DNA of 64,000 nt from contig CP158636.1 in the NCBI GenBank assembly GCA_050273025.1, positions 11,470,001 through 11,534,000 on the forward strand, written 5' to 3'. The notes beneath the pieces were generated by a model. It saw nothing but the letters and a program-made list of their open reading frames with translations. It made no database searches and was not told the origin of the DNA. Both the position numbers and the translations under genes were made by a program. This DNA comes from Cenococcum geophilum (lineage: Eukaryota). Positions 41,747 to 53,629 of this stretch are shown piece after piece (within the stretch, counting starts at the first letter, position 1; each line of letters begins with the position of its first letter).

Positions 41747-44596
41747 TCAAAGCCAAGTTCCGAATAGTTTGATATACATCATCTTCACGACCTGCACTTC
41801 AATACAGTACAGCGCAATCTCCGCCACCAAAAACCCCAGAAACGAGTTCGCCGGCCTCACCAACCCCAGTGCACGGGCAATAGGCGGAATGTATGGTAGC
41901 GATAACCCCACGGCCATGACGAGGAGTGTTGAGACTACCAATACAGGTGCAGCGCGCCGCTGGATGACCGGTATCTTCGCTGTGCGGAGGAGATGCACAA
42001 TTACGGTCTGCGTTAGTAAGCCCTCAAGAAACCAGTGCGTATGAAAGCGTGCAACTAGGGCCAGATCATTATTGGAGCGGATGCCGTAGTAGAACCAGTT
42101 GAGGCAGAAAGTGCACATGTCAATCGTGCTACTGGTCGGACCTAGTATGACAATGAAGCGGAGCAGGTCGCGGTTTCTCCAGCGCTGCGGGCGCTGCACA
42201 AACTCCTTGTCCATGCGATCCCAAGGGATTGCTATCTGTGAAATGTCGTATAGTAGGTTTTGGACTAGAATTTGCAGCGCCGTCATAGGTTGAAATGGCA
42301 GCCAGGCACTGGCGATAAGCACGCTGAAGACATTGCCGAAATTGGAGGATGCAACCATCTTGATGTATTTGATCGTGTTGCCATGAGTTAACCGGCCGAT
42401 GGTGACACAGTCGACCATTATCGAGAGTGCTTTTTCGGTTAGGATCACGTCGGCGCAGTCTTTAGCCACGTTGGTGCCTGTATCGACGGATATCCCAACA
42501 TCAGCGAAGCGGAGAGCGACGCAGTCGTTGATGCCATCGCCGAGCATACCAACAGCATGCCCAGATGCCTTTAGACTCATGATAACATCGCCTTTTTGGC
42601 TTGGGGCAAGCTTAGCAAATATTGTGCACAGCTGGACAGCCTCATGGAACTCTGGTCCGTCAAGTTCGGCAAGTTCGGAGCCGGTGATGGTGCGGATTCC
42701 TTCTTCGACATTTCCGGTCATGTTCATTGAGCGGCATACTTTCAGAGCAATTCCAAGGTTGTCTCCCGTCAAGACCTTAGTTTCTACACCCAATTCCCGG
42801 AGCCGGGCAATCGACAACGCAGCATCATCTTTCGGCGGGTCGAGGAAGGCCAAAAGGCCTTCAAGTACCATGCGCGACTCAATATCCTCAAAACTTTCCT
42901 CGTTATTCAGGTGGCTTGCATTGATGACCTTCGTAGCCACAGCTAGTACGCGATATCCATCGTTATTGAGTTCGGCAGCACGCTGAATAACTAAATCATT
43001 GTGAGTAACCTTGAGCTCTACGAGCTGTCCGTTAAAGCGAATAAGGGAGCAAAGCGTTAGCACTTCTTCGAAAGCTCCTTTGCAGATCAAGGTCAAAGCT
43101 CCTGTAGCGTCTTCTCGAATAATGGCGCCTGATCGACGTTTCTCGAAGTTGAACGGAATTTCAGCCACAAACTCGCCCAGCACTGTCGGGGCCCGCTTTT
43201 CGTCCGTTTCATGCCCTTTTAGTATCGCTGTATCGATGCTGTTCTTCTTGCCACTCTGATAGTGCGCATTAGTATATGCGAGTTGAAAGACCCGGTCATT
43301 TGTGGCGCCATGACAGTCCTCATTGCGGCAGAGAGCAATTTCGTCCCTTGTTAATGTTCCAGTTTTGTCACTGCACAGTACAGTCATGCCACCCAAATTC
43401 TGAATCGCATCCAGGCGTTTGACAATAGCCTTCTTCTTCGAAAGAGTAAACGCTCCACGGGCAAGGTTTGCATTGACAATAGCAGGTAGCATCTCTGGCA
43501 CAAGTCCTACGGCCACCGAAACGCTGAACAAGGCGGCAGAGCGCCAATTGTGGGATATCTCCCCGTTGATGATGAGAACAATGCTAACCATGACAACCAT
43601 AAATCCGATCATCATAAAGCTGACATTCCGAACCCCCTTCTGGAATGAGTTCACAGGCCGTTTCTTGTTCAGCTGCTTCATGATAGTTGCAATGAAGGCG
43701 TCGTCTCCGGTCCGGACAATAAGTCCTGTGGCTGTTCCTGAAATGACATTGGTACCCATAAAAGCCAGGTTTTCGATATCGAAAAGCGTGGATGGAGCTT
43801 TTTCTGTTTTGGTAGTGCCGGTCTTTACTTGGGGTTCGCTCTCGCCTGTCAAGCTCGATTGAGTAATTTGGAGGTGCGAAGTTTGGAGTAGAAGGCAATC
43901 TGCAGGCACGTTATCTCCTGGGTTTAGTAAAATAATATCTCCAGGCACAAGCATCTTAATGTCAAGGACCACCTCAGACGGCTTAACGATTCCATCTATG
44001 TTCACTTGGCGTCGCGCTTGAATTTGAGTGGTAACACTGCCTTGGAGTTTGACCGCAGCAATTCCACTCCTGTACTCCTGCCAGAATCGCACCGAGCAAG
44101 AAATAACAATCATAACTACCAAGATGATGAAGGTAGACCAATTTGGAGGGGGAGTTGCAAGAGAAATAATTGCGAGAAAAGTCAAGAGAATGTTAAACGG
44201 ATTCGGAAGCACAGATAAGAGGATCTGCCACCACGTAGGTGGCTTTTTGGTTGATAGAATGTTAGCACCAACTGAATGGAGTCGGGCTGCAGCTTCATTC
44301 TCTGTGAGTCCATTCAGTCCAGACTCCATATACGATTGTGCTTCCTCTATGGTCATAGAGGCTACCGACTTTAGAACAGCTTCTGCTGACTTAGCTTGAG
44401 CATTTGATGGACTGCGCCAGGATGCCAAATTTATTGCGACTATCAGATTATTAGAAGACGAGATAAGCATGGCTAGACCGTGCCCACCTTGCCTAGACTC
44501 AACATTACAAGCTTCTCGACCAACGCGACGGAAGAGAGAACAATTACGGATATTGCGCAACATTTTCGATGCCGTAGACACGTATGGGAATTTCAT
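41747..44596 (-). CDS. mgtA: Mg2+-transporting P-type ATPase (P3B, MgtA/MgtB-like)
   Basis: LTGES, VPEMLP, DKTGT, KGA, DPPK, TGDN, GDGIND, plus MgtA-typical ASSNFGNVFSVL, QNLLYD.SQ.AIPWD and WF.EGLLTQT..VH..RT.KIP. Probable 48-nt in-frame intron 44487..44440. Confidence 0.92.
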   Translation of the reverse strand: MKFPYVSTASKMLRNIRNCSLFRRVGREACNVESRQGGHGLAMLISSSNNLIVAINLASWRSPSNAQAKSAEAVLKSVASMTIEEAQSYMESGLNGLTENEAAARLHSVGANILSTKKPPTWWQILLSVLPNPFNILLTFLAIISLATPPPNWSTFIILVVMIVISCSVRFWQEYRSGIAAVKLQGSVTTQIQARRQVNIDGIVKPSEVVLDIKMLVPGDIILLNPGDNVPADCLLLQTSHLQITQSSLTGESEPQVKTGTTKTEKAPSTLFDIENLAFMGTNVISGTATGLIVRTGDDAFIATIMKQLNKKRPVNSFQKGVRNVSFMMIGFMVVMVSIVLIINGEISHNWRSAALFSVSVAVGLVPEMLPAIVNANLARGAFTLSKKKAIVKRLDAIQNLGGMTVLCSDKTGTLTRDEIALCRNEDCHGATNDRVFQLAYTNAHYQSGKKNSIDTAILKGHETDEKRAPTVLGEFVAEIPFNFEKRRSGAIIREDATGALTLICKGAFEEVLTLCSLIRFNGQLVELKVTHNDLVIQRAAELNNDGYRVLAVATKVINASHLNNEESFEDIESRMVLEGLLAFLDPPKDDAALSIARLRELGVETKVLTGDNLGIALKVCRSMNMTGNVEEGIRTITGSELAELDGPEFHEAVQLCTIFAKLAPSQKGDVIMSLKASGHAVGMLGDGINDCVALRFADVGISVDTGTNVAKDCADVILTEKALSIMVDCVTIGRLTHGNTIKYIKMVASSNFGNVFSVLIASAWLPFQPMTALQILVQNLLYDISQIAIPWDRMDKEFVQRPQRWRNRDLLRFIVILGPTSSTIDMCTFCLNWFYYGIRSNNDLALVARFHTHWFLEGLLTQTVIVHLLRTAKIPVIQRRAAPVLVVSTLLVMAVGLSLPYIPPIARALGLVRPANSFLGFLVAEIALYCIEVQVVKMMYIKLFGTWL

Positions 44597-45921
44597 TTAC
44601 ATAGTAGTACCAAAAAGATATCAAGTGGAGTGTACAACTCACTGCGTGGCTAATTAGCTAACTTAGCTTATGGTGGAGACCGCGACTGACAGGAAGCTTA
44701 ACGTCTAGCTTCTGGTACGGTACGTCGAATTAACCCATCTTATGGTGGTCGGGTTGGCTGAAGAAGTTCACCAGCAGCCTCAAACAAGGCTGATGATCCG
44801 CGAGAAAACCTAGAAGTAGCCAGCTTTGGATATTTTGAGTATGAGTGATGATAAGGAGTAGGGCCTGGTATCAGGAGGTAGAGGAATATTTGTACTGCAG
44901 CGTAGCAAGAAATCGGCATCGGCCTGTCCGAAAATGCTAAAATGATAAAAGGAAGCATGCACAAAATAAGTGTGGCCATTGATGACTCTAACGACAAACT
45001 CGATTGGCTAATCGATGTGGGTAGATTGGGCTTCAGGCGCTGAGCGATTTTTGCTTAACCATTGAGACATACCTTTTCGGTAAGACTGACAGAGAGCTGG
45101 CAGGTTATCTAGCCCTGCAACTACCTTTAAGGGCTCCTGAAAATTTGCATCAGAGCAACCATCAGCTCGTGATTGGGGCTGTGCGCTATTTTCTCATCGT
45201 GATTCGTGTTACTCTTGCATTGTGGTCATATCAGATTGATAACTTAGACCAACGAGGCGAGGCGGTGAGTTGGTTTTTAACAGCGGATCCTTGATAGCAA
45301 AGACTGATACGACCTCACTGTATGTAACACTACCCGGTAAACGTGCAATGATGATAGCACACGAACCTGATTTGCTGCATCTTAGAAGTTGGTGTTGAGG
45401 TTGTGAATGCAACGAGCTTTGCTGCCAAGGCAGCACCCAGACTATCGGAGTTCCTATTTTGGAAAAGCGTGGGTTTGGTGCTAAGACCTTACCCACGTAT
45501 ACCAAATTTTAGACTTCGAGCTTGTAAAAATCAACTCTACACCGACTTTTTAATAGGGTCTATTCACTCAATCGCTTGTAATAGAACCTTTTTTTGGCAA
45601 TCCACCTCCTGCAACACCTACCCGAGCGGGTAAGATTAAGCATCTTACCCCTGCCCCCCCTGGCGCCCCATTGTACGAGGCTTGCACGGTAAAGTAAGGT
45701 GGCTTGCATAACTCTCGCCAAGGATGTAGATGGTGGTTTAGTTATAACATCGAGTGGGTAACTTATACTACATCGGGTATCCCATCACCCGGCAGGGTAC
45801 TGCGTTATCGATAGGGGCGGCCCGTGCATATGACACTAAGGGGCTATACTCAATCCATGCTTCCTGATTGGCCAAATTCTTATCGATAACGTTGGAAGAT
45901 ACGGGTGATAGGATAATTGAG

Positions 45922-47372
45922 TGGTAATGTCAATGGACTGGATTGGGTACAAAAATCGCTTTATATCCAATCCAAAAATAAGATCAAGCCTCTTAACCGG
46001 ATATATAACCGGTTAAACCAGATAATCCAAATAGATTACATACTTTGGATTCTGTCGTGAGTCTTGGCATGGTGTTGAGGTTTAAATTAGTCGCTAAGGA
46101 TCGTGTATTTGACTACATCGTCTTTATCAACCTTATCAACCTCATCTTCCTACCTGCCCACCTTCTTGCCCGTCTTTCTGCCCACTAGCTTGTGTATCTA
46201 CCCCGCCCGTAATCCTGCCTTCCTTTTTGGCGGCAGCCTTGGCAGCAGTCTCCTCCTTATATTGCTCATCAACGTTAGGACTAACGCTTTCTGGAAAAGC
46301 TTTGGCTTAAGGACGATATTGGCTTTAAGATAATTGCAAGGGTTAGTAAGCAAGTGCTTGGCTAAACTGAACACGCGTTCGCATTCGGCGCTTATAAGAG
46401 GTATAGCCAATACATTAAGGGTAAATAGAGCGAGGTTAGGCTACCAGAGGCAGATATAATTCAAATAAACTAGAGGATCGCTAATTTGTTTAGGGTTACT
46501 TCTAATATAGCTTTGGTAGGCGGGGTTGGGTTCGGGTTTGTAACAGGTAAGAGACTAAGAGACTTGTCGACCTGAATCGGACTTGCTTACCACCATCGAA
46601 CTACTGTCTGACGACCTAGATCGTCTATACGAACTTATGACTAAATGTCTCATTACCTACTTTCTATTACCTATTTGACTCAGTTGTCTGGACCTACCTG
46701 ATCTATATAGAGGGCTTCTAGAGCCATATTCAATAGACAGAGTCCTCATCCTTTTCTACGTTCAACAAGACTCTGGCCTGGTTACATCTACTGCCGTCTT
46801 TAGGCGCTTCCTTTTTCCACCGCTAGAGGTCTTACTAACTCGCTTTTGAGGAACAGCAGGAGCCTTGCCTGCAGCACGGCTACTTAATACATAATTACCA
46901 CTACCTCTACGCGTTGTCCGGCCAGTAACAGTAACCAAGCTCTCTATATAATTAGAAGGATTAGAAGGATTAGAAGGATTAGGAGGATTAAATAACAAGG
47001 GTATTAAGGTGGACAAAAATAGAGACGACGTAATAAGGCCAGTAATAAGGGCGACGCGATTAGGGTCAATAACCTCTGCTTAATCTATATTAGATCAACC
47101 TCAGTTTGATTAACTGTTTTGGATCAAAACAGGCATTAAGCGATCAACGGCTTAAGATTATATAGCGATTGGCTTAGATTGCTCGAGTGGCGTTCGTCTA
47201 TACCCGACGTCTCACCACCTAGATTTAGATTTGGATCTACCGGATATATGGTTATAATCAAGGCTTCAAATCCAGTTCAAATCAAGCCAGCCAAGGCTCT
47301 TAACCGGATTTACTTTTGAATTTTGGATATCTAAACCAATACAGAAATACATCCAGTCCGTTGACATCACTG
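45922..47372 (-). mobile_element. Internally deleted, RIP-mutated hAT DNA transposon
   Basis: TIRs TGGTAATGTCAATGGACTGGAT (45922-45943) vs reverse complement of 47351-47372 (18/22). hAT dimerisation motif PNLALFTLNVLAIPLISAECERVFSLAKHLL at ~46440-46340. TA-rich; TSD not conserved. Confidence 0.82.
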
Positions 47373-47619
47373 CCTATGTGTAACCGACTACCGGACCTTG
47401 CATATTACCCTGTTTCACCTGCGTTAGCACTACCCTCGTATGTCTCGGATACGTTTGAAATGAGTCATGGGCTTCGGAGTTCGGGGTCTACTTTCATGTA
47501 TTTATACCACTTGATTTCCATAGATTTACAATTAAGTTGCTCGTTCAATTCCCACACACTGCAAAAGCTTACACTATGTCTCCTCTTAGTAAACATAGTG
47601 TTCAATCAATACTGGGTCC

Positions 47620-48758
47620 ATGGCTTCCCAACAAAGCATTCCTTTGCATTCAAAATACATTTGCTCTTCAGTAAAGACAACACGACGCTTAGAAAGGATG
47701 GCTTCTTGGTAAGTCCAGCCTCTAGTAGATCATTTCGATGTCTGCTACTAGATGCATACCCCTTATGGTGGCTGAAGGCTGGGGCCTTCTTAAAACGCTT
47801 CTTATTCCCGGAAGCCCCATAGTTTCGTCAGATCCGGCTGCCGCGGTAATGGTGAACTTAGAACACCCAAAAATGGTTCGAATCTAGTCGTGTTTGTCTT
47901 TATTGTCCCCCTGGTCGATGCAGTATTTGTCTACCTAGAGGAAGAAGAAGCCAAGATTGCTGGTAACTGTGATAGCACTTTGAATGGCTGGAGGCAACCC
48001 GTTAAAATCAAGTTGAGAAGCTGGATTAGTTTGTGAATCTGTAGTCTGTTGGTTACCTCCATAAACTTCTGTAGGTTTAGGCTGACCCCATACATAACCT
48101 AGCGCAGCATACAAACAGTTGGAAGGAGCCGGGACGACAGTTAGCTTCCTGCAGTCTATGACTTTAAATGACTTGGGCTATAAGTATTTCCCAAGCCACA
48201 TGATTCGTGCTGGTCATGAAACTTGCGGCAAACATGAAACCATCCTCGCAATACTTCATAATCAACCATAGGGGGATTAATCGTGGCCAGTTCATCGATG
48301 CTTGGGGCTGCCAGTGTTGATGCTACCAATGTAGCCATGCCTATTGCGGTATGAAATGGGGCAGACTCTGTTCTTCAGATCCCATTCAGGGATGAGAGCA
48401 AGGATCACATTGCCATATTTCTTATACTCTCCCACCTATCTATATATAAAATTGATCGAAGAACCGAAGGAATAGCGAACGTTCGTAGTTGGTATTTGTG
48501 AAGCTCCTCAGAAGCTAATTCTTCCGCTGTAAGCATTAAACGGAGCAGTGTGCGGAAAGGACAGGTAGCAGCATTCTTTGAGCCCAGGCGATTTCCTAAT
48601 ACTGCCACGAGAACGCCACGATCCTTATCGATTGGTTTGGTGAAACGAAAAACTGTTTCGAAATCAATATCGCTGCAGGCCGTACAAAGATAGCCTTCTT
48701 GGATGGAGTCCGAGGGAGGTGGTCGGTGTTCACTAGAAATAGTGTTTTCGTCATTCAT
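47620..48758 (-). pseudogene. HET-domain pseudogene
   Basis: LCTAC N-terminus; YAALGYVWG; LPPAIQSAITVTSNLGFFFL*VDKYCIDQ..KHD*I; TRGWTYQEAILSKRRVVFTEEQMYFEC; in-frame stops and frameshifts. Confidence 0.88.
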
Positions 48759-49393
48759 GGAACTGATCTTTGCGGATTCCCTCTCGTGGATAGTCAGAAA
48801 TTTAAATGAAGTGCTTTTGGGGCAGGTTGAATGGAATCTTGCGAGGTCACAACTATGCAGATTTTCCGAGAACAGTGAAGTTCGGAGATACGCTAGGCAT
48901 AGATCTCATGCATTGCCTTTCGGGAAAAACGATAATTTACAAGCGGTTAGATCAAAGAGTTGAAAATGCTTCATAAGTTTGTGCTGCAAAAAGGGTTGAA
49001 AATGTGCTTAATGTCGAAGATGGTATCGTGGTGGAGTCTTGTCGATATAGGTTGGTACCGCGATTAGCCATCGCTTGCAGTTACCATCCTTTCCCACTTT
49101 GTGGGCCATTCGAACCTGTTATATCAATTGGTTGCACGCACATTTACTCTATTAATGCAACGTATGTCTCATTGAAGGATCTAGATGGACAGCGTACCAA
49201 TGAAGTATTTCTCCATCTGTAAGGCAAGGACTTGGGATGGAAGTACATGTGCTGATCACAGAATAAGGTGTAATTTGCATTAGTCTACCTTTTAGACTTT
49301 CCATAGTCGAAATCATTCAATGATGTATCTGCCCAACTTTTAAGACAAATGGAGTCCAAAACCAAAACGGCTCCAAATAGGCACCAGAAACGC

Positions 49394-50260
49394 CTAGGTG
49401 GTGAGATCCGGACGTCGCTCCGAATCTCTTAGAAGATCTCCTGTAGAAGAGTTAGGAGGGAGCTCAGCCGTGTTGGGCCGCGTACTGCTCTCAATACTCA
49501 TTGGATGAATTGTATCTTGGTACCCGGGTGGCTTCAGCGTCGCCCGGCCATCTCTCGATAGCGTCCGTAATGGTATTGTCAGCCCGGTGACCGCATCTTG
49601 GGCAGTGCCTGGCCGCAATGCCTCCGACCCTTCAGCATCAGTATTCCCTGCGGTTGTGGCGTCAGCCAGCGGCTGATACGGTGGGGGGGCTTCTCCGTGC
49701 TCGTTGAGCCCTTCTTCACGCCTCGAAAGTCCTCCACCCGCGCCTCCTCGCCAACTACCATGCACCCATCGAGCTGTACCGACCCATCCATCAAGATCTC
49801 GTGCCAGTGCGTTCTGCCCACTATTTCGTAACCGGGATTTTATCTGCCGCTTTCTTCGATGGAGAAGATAAACTCCTGCGCAGAGAAGTAGGGCGAAGAA
49901 TGCGAGGAAAACGAAATAGTAGTTGAGGAGGCGGGTCTTGCGGTCGTCGGCTGCATTGTCAGAGGTGCTAGGAGAGGTGGACGCGGGGTATAGCTGTGGA
50001 GCGTTGTCTGCAGTAATGGGAGTCGAAGCATTGGAGATTGAGGAGGACAGTAATGGGAGTATCGAAGAGGTAATGCTAGCAGGAGGTGAAATTGCGGTTG
50101 AGAATGAGCTTGGTATGTTCAATGGTGCTGCAGCCGTTGCTGCAGAAGGTGCTGGCGATTTGGGGGTTGTAGAAGGTACGAGATCAGACGTAAGTTGTGC
50201 GAAAGAGGGAGCCGGTAGGATCATGGAGAGGAATAGAAGTGGACTAGAGAGAAGATGCAT
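49394..50260 (-). CDS. Type I membrane protein (signal peptide, Ser/Thr/Pro-rich ectodomain, one TM, PPPY tail)
   Basis: MHLLSSPLLFLSMILPAPSFA; LLNYYFVFLAFFALLLCAGVYLLHRRKR; EEGLNEHGEAPPPY. Confidence 0.78.
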   Translation of the reverse strand: MHLLSSPLLFLSMILPAPSFAQLTSDLVPSTTPKSPAPSAATAAAPLNIPSSFSTAISPPASITSSILPLLSSSISNASTPITADNAPQLYPASTSPSTSDNAADDRKTRLLNYYFVFLAFFALLLCAGVYLLHRRKRQIKSRLRNSGQNALARDLDGWVGTARWVHGSWRGGAGGGLSRREEGLNEHGEAPPPYQPLADATTAGNTDAEGSEALRPGTAQDAVTGLTIPLRTLSRDGRATLKPPGYQDTIHPMSIESSTRPNTAELPPNSSTGDLLRDSERRPDLTT

Positions 50261-50692
50261 ACGGTTACCGCATCTGCATGGCCGGCATAATCGTGTAGGT
50301 CTCATTCCAGCAAAGAGGAATGAAATAATAGTATGGGTAAAAGTAAGGAAAGGGTGTCGCGTGAGGAATAGTAGGAAATAAACAAGCCGAAGAGAAAGAG
50401 CAAGAAAAAGGCAAGAGGAGTGCTACAACAAGATCATGACGGCTTCACGGTTAGAAATTGGAGGGTATCTCCAAAACGGCTGGGCTCATCAAGGGAGTTC
50501 ATGATTACTTTGCGGATGCTTTTAGATGCTGCTCGGCGAGCGGAAGCGCAAGGGATCTAAGCCGTTCTAAGATAGGCGCACGGCGATTACATGATTTCGA
50601 TGTCCGACCTTCCCTGCCTGCAACTCATCCTTCTCCAAAACACCATTCAAATTATCACTATAAAAAGACGACATCCGTTTGACCTTACGGAA

Positions 50693-51098
50693 ATGCCAAA
50701 GGCCGTTAGAGGTGAGTACTGATTTGCTTTACTCTTATTGAAAAGATGATAGGAATTGCTTGTTAAATATTAGCCTGCATCTCTTCTAATACTTTATCCG
50801 TCTTACTCTTCCAGTTCTGACTGGCTAACCTAACTAGGTGTTCTTGTCGAATGCGACGCATCTATTAAAGCTATAATTGTGAAAATCGACTCGGAACGCA
50901 ACGACATCATTGTTGAGGACCTTGATGATGAGCACCTTGTGATAAAGGAAACCAAACTGGAGGAGCTTAGGCAGAGACTCAATCAAGTCAGTACTGCACT
51001 GAAACCCCACTCCGATTGCTTATTAGTTTTCTGACCGATGGTTTTTATAGACTTTGAAAACGACACTCCGCGAGGCTGAGAGCTCTGATTCCGAGTAA
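50693..51098 (+). CDS. TFB5: TFIIH subunit Tfb5/TTDA, 3 exons (absent from the ORF track)
   Basis: MPKAVR|GVLVECDASIKAIIVKIDSERNDIIVEDLDDEHLVIKETKLEELRQRLNQ|TLKTTLREAESSDSE*; donors GTGAGT and GTCAGT. Confidence 0.93.
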
Positions 51099-51274
51099 CT
51101 CTTCTAACGGCTCTTTCACCATGGAAAGACTCAAAAGTGGAAGGAATAATACTTTTTATTCGGGGTATTTCAGCAAACTTCTTTTCCAAGGCCTCTAAAC
51201 ACTACGCTCAATCCGCTTTCACTGATCCCCTCACATCCGAAACATGCTGAAAACATTGCTGGCTGTCCAGCCGC

Positions 51275-51734
51275 TTAAGACATAGTTTGTTTCTGGGCGG
51301 CGCCTGGAATCTCGTTGACCCAATCAACACGTGTAGGAGCAAACAATTCAAGTGTCGGCTTTGCCTTTGCTAGTGCATCAACATCATCCAATGTTCCCAC
51401 CTTAATAATCTTGAGACCCGGAAAACTTGGGCCGTCTCGCCACATTGTGGAACCGCAGTCGCCGCAGAAGTGGCTCGTGATAGTGTTACCGCTATCACCA
51501 ATCTTGGAGATTGGTTTGGCGTTTCCAGAGAGCACCTTGAAACCGTCTTCCTTGATGATCATGTTGGTGCTGTAAGTGCTCCCGCTAATTTTGCGGCAAT
51601 CAAGGCAGTGACAAAGCGCCTTCGGATAGAGTGAGCTAAGGAGGTTATGACGGAATCAAGAAACCTACAGTGGTTACGGGCTCGCCAGACACGGAATACC
51701 GTACATTCCCGCAGAAGCAACCTCCTTCAGACAT
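51275..51734 (-). CDS. GFA / CENP-V (Mss4-like) zinc protein, 2 exons
   Basis: MSEGGCFCGNVRY, ALCHCLDCRKISGS, HFCGDCGS. Confidence 0.9.
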
Positions 51735-51963
51735 GTTAAAGAGCTGTTTTTTGAGTAAGGAAGATATATATGTAGCCGGGTGAACTTTATCTGAAAGAGC
51801 TTGAAAAGAGGTAATTATACCAACTAAGTTTGTATCAATTGACTCCGAATCTCGCGGTCCGGCCCGCTTACACCCTGGTTAATCTCACGTGAATGGGGGG
51901 CCTGGGCTTGTGATGACTATTCTGTCATCCTTTCCTCTTACACCGACTTACGCCTTGTAGGTA

Positions 51964-52221
51964 CAAGGGGGCTACCTGAGCGGGCCACCAGCGCTCCCTG
52001 CTAGCGTTGGCGTGGTTTTAGCCATATTGCATATGGCTCATGAGTAGTAATTCTTAAATTACAAAGGTAAAGAAGCTGCCAGAATACGTAGGCAATATAC
52101 TGCAGATGGAGGCCCTACGGGATACTGAATAAGCACCTGTTTTAATGTGGCAATGTGGCGATGTAAAACTAGCAGGAGACGCTTGCAGGAGCGCTGGTGG
52201 CCCGCTCATGTTACCCCCTTG
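51964..52221. mobile_element. 258-bp MITE with TA target duplication
   Basis: TA|CAAGGGGGCTACCTGAGCGGGCCACCAGCGCTCC ... GGAGCGCTGGTGGCCCGCTCATGTTACCCCCTTG|TA; ~34-bp TIR with 3 mismatches. Confidence 0.85.
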
Positions 52222-52974
52222 TATGGCGGTGGACTACGGCTAGGCCCGGCCCTTGAATTCCAAATAATCGCAAGCCTGGTCTGATGTGGAATCATCGCGG
52301 ACGAAATCCGGATAGTGAATGGGCATTAATGTAACTGCTTTTTATTGGCTTTGGATCAGTTTCTATTTTCGCCATGATGACGTTAGATGAAGAGATTGGA
52401 TGCCGTCTATCAGTTATTGTCTGGAGTGTAAATTATGGTGTTGAAAGAGTAACTAGTTTTGTTAGGCGGTGTTCGGTTGCAAAACTTCGGATTAGATCTG
52501 AACTGAAAGTCCGGCAGAAAGGAACGCGTTCCTTCCTAGTTTGGTACGCGTTTGTGGCTTTGTAAAAGCACGGGCGTGTGCAATATAGAGACTTCATATT
52601 GAAATTGAATCTGAACCTTCGAGCTCCATCTTGAAATGACGCCAAGAGCACCATTTCAGAAGCTGTATACGGTAAAGTTGCCAATATTTTAGCGTGCTAT
52701 TCTGGCGTTTTGCGAGTGGTGAGAGGAACATTAAAATTTTGAGGCTGCACAGACGAAACTGAATTTGAGGCAACCGAACATCCCCTTAGTCAGCTGTAAT
52801 CTAATCCTTGAATTTCACGGTTGCACACCTTCCAAACCGCGGCATCTTCTTACATGCGAACCATGGCTTTACTACTTACTGGATTCAATTCGCTGCGACT
52901 CCCTGAGGTCTTGTCACTCCTTTTAAGTAACACATAAGCTCGTTATAGTTCCCTAGAAATCGGAATAAAACCCA

Positions 52975-53629
52975 ATGGCTTCAAACACCGAGTCCAACAT
53001 CTGGGCACGGATGAACTACGCTCCACCACGAGGTCAATGCAATTATAAACAGTCGCTCGTCTCTCCTCGATGTCCGTGCTTGAGATTCATGCTGCATCCT
53101 CTGAAGGTCAGTTCTTCTAAATCTCCATAACTCCCCGATTATGCAAGGTGAAGGCGACGTAGCTGACGTAGTGTAGAGCTTCACGACTTTCGAATGCGAC
53201 GGTTGCGCCCATCATGCTTCTTTTCACTGCCTAGAAAATAAAGCCGAAGATGAGATCCGGAAGCGTTGGGAGATGGAACAGAGGCAGAAAGAAGCGGAAG
53301 CGAAGGAGAACGAAGTAGCAGCGAGGCCAAAGAAGAGGGCCAGACAGATCGAGCGAGTTGAACCCGTAGGAAGGGTGAATAGGTTGATGATTGAGGGTGC
53401 GGCAGAATATACTCAGGGTGGCGCGGAGGAAGATGCAATGGGAAGTGACGTTGCGAGCACGAGCACAATTGAGTTCGCACCTGTTTATACGAGAGGAAGG
53501 AAGAAGACGTTGACAAGTGGCGGAGCTGGCAGTTTGCAGCGCACTTCACGTCGGGGGAAGGCGAAGGCGAATGAGGCATCTGGGCGCAGCAGCGTTGTTG
53601 ACTACCAGGATCTTGTTTTGGTGGACTGA
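52975..53629 (+). CDS. Small Cys/His-rich fungal protein, 2 exons
   Basis: MASNTESNIWARMNYAPPRGQCNYK...RCPCLRFMLHPLK | intron GTCAGT...CTGAC...TAG | SFTTFECDGCAHHASFHCLENK, continuing into ORF 53273-53629. Confidence 0.75.

Noticed and set aside
44740..44997. mgtL-like leader peptide or Mg riboswitch upstream of mgtA
   Set aside because: No resemblance visible; the ORF is non-ATG.
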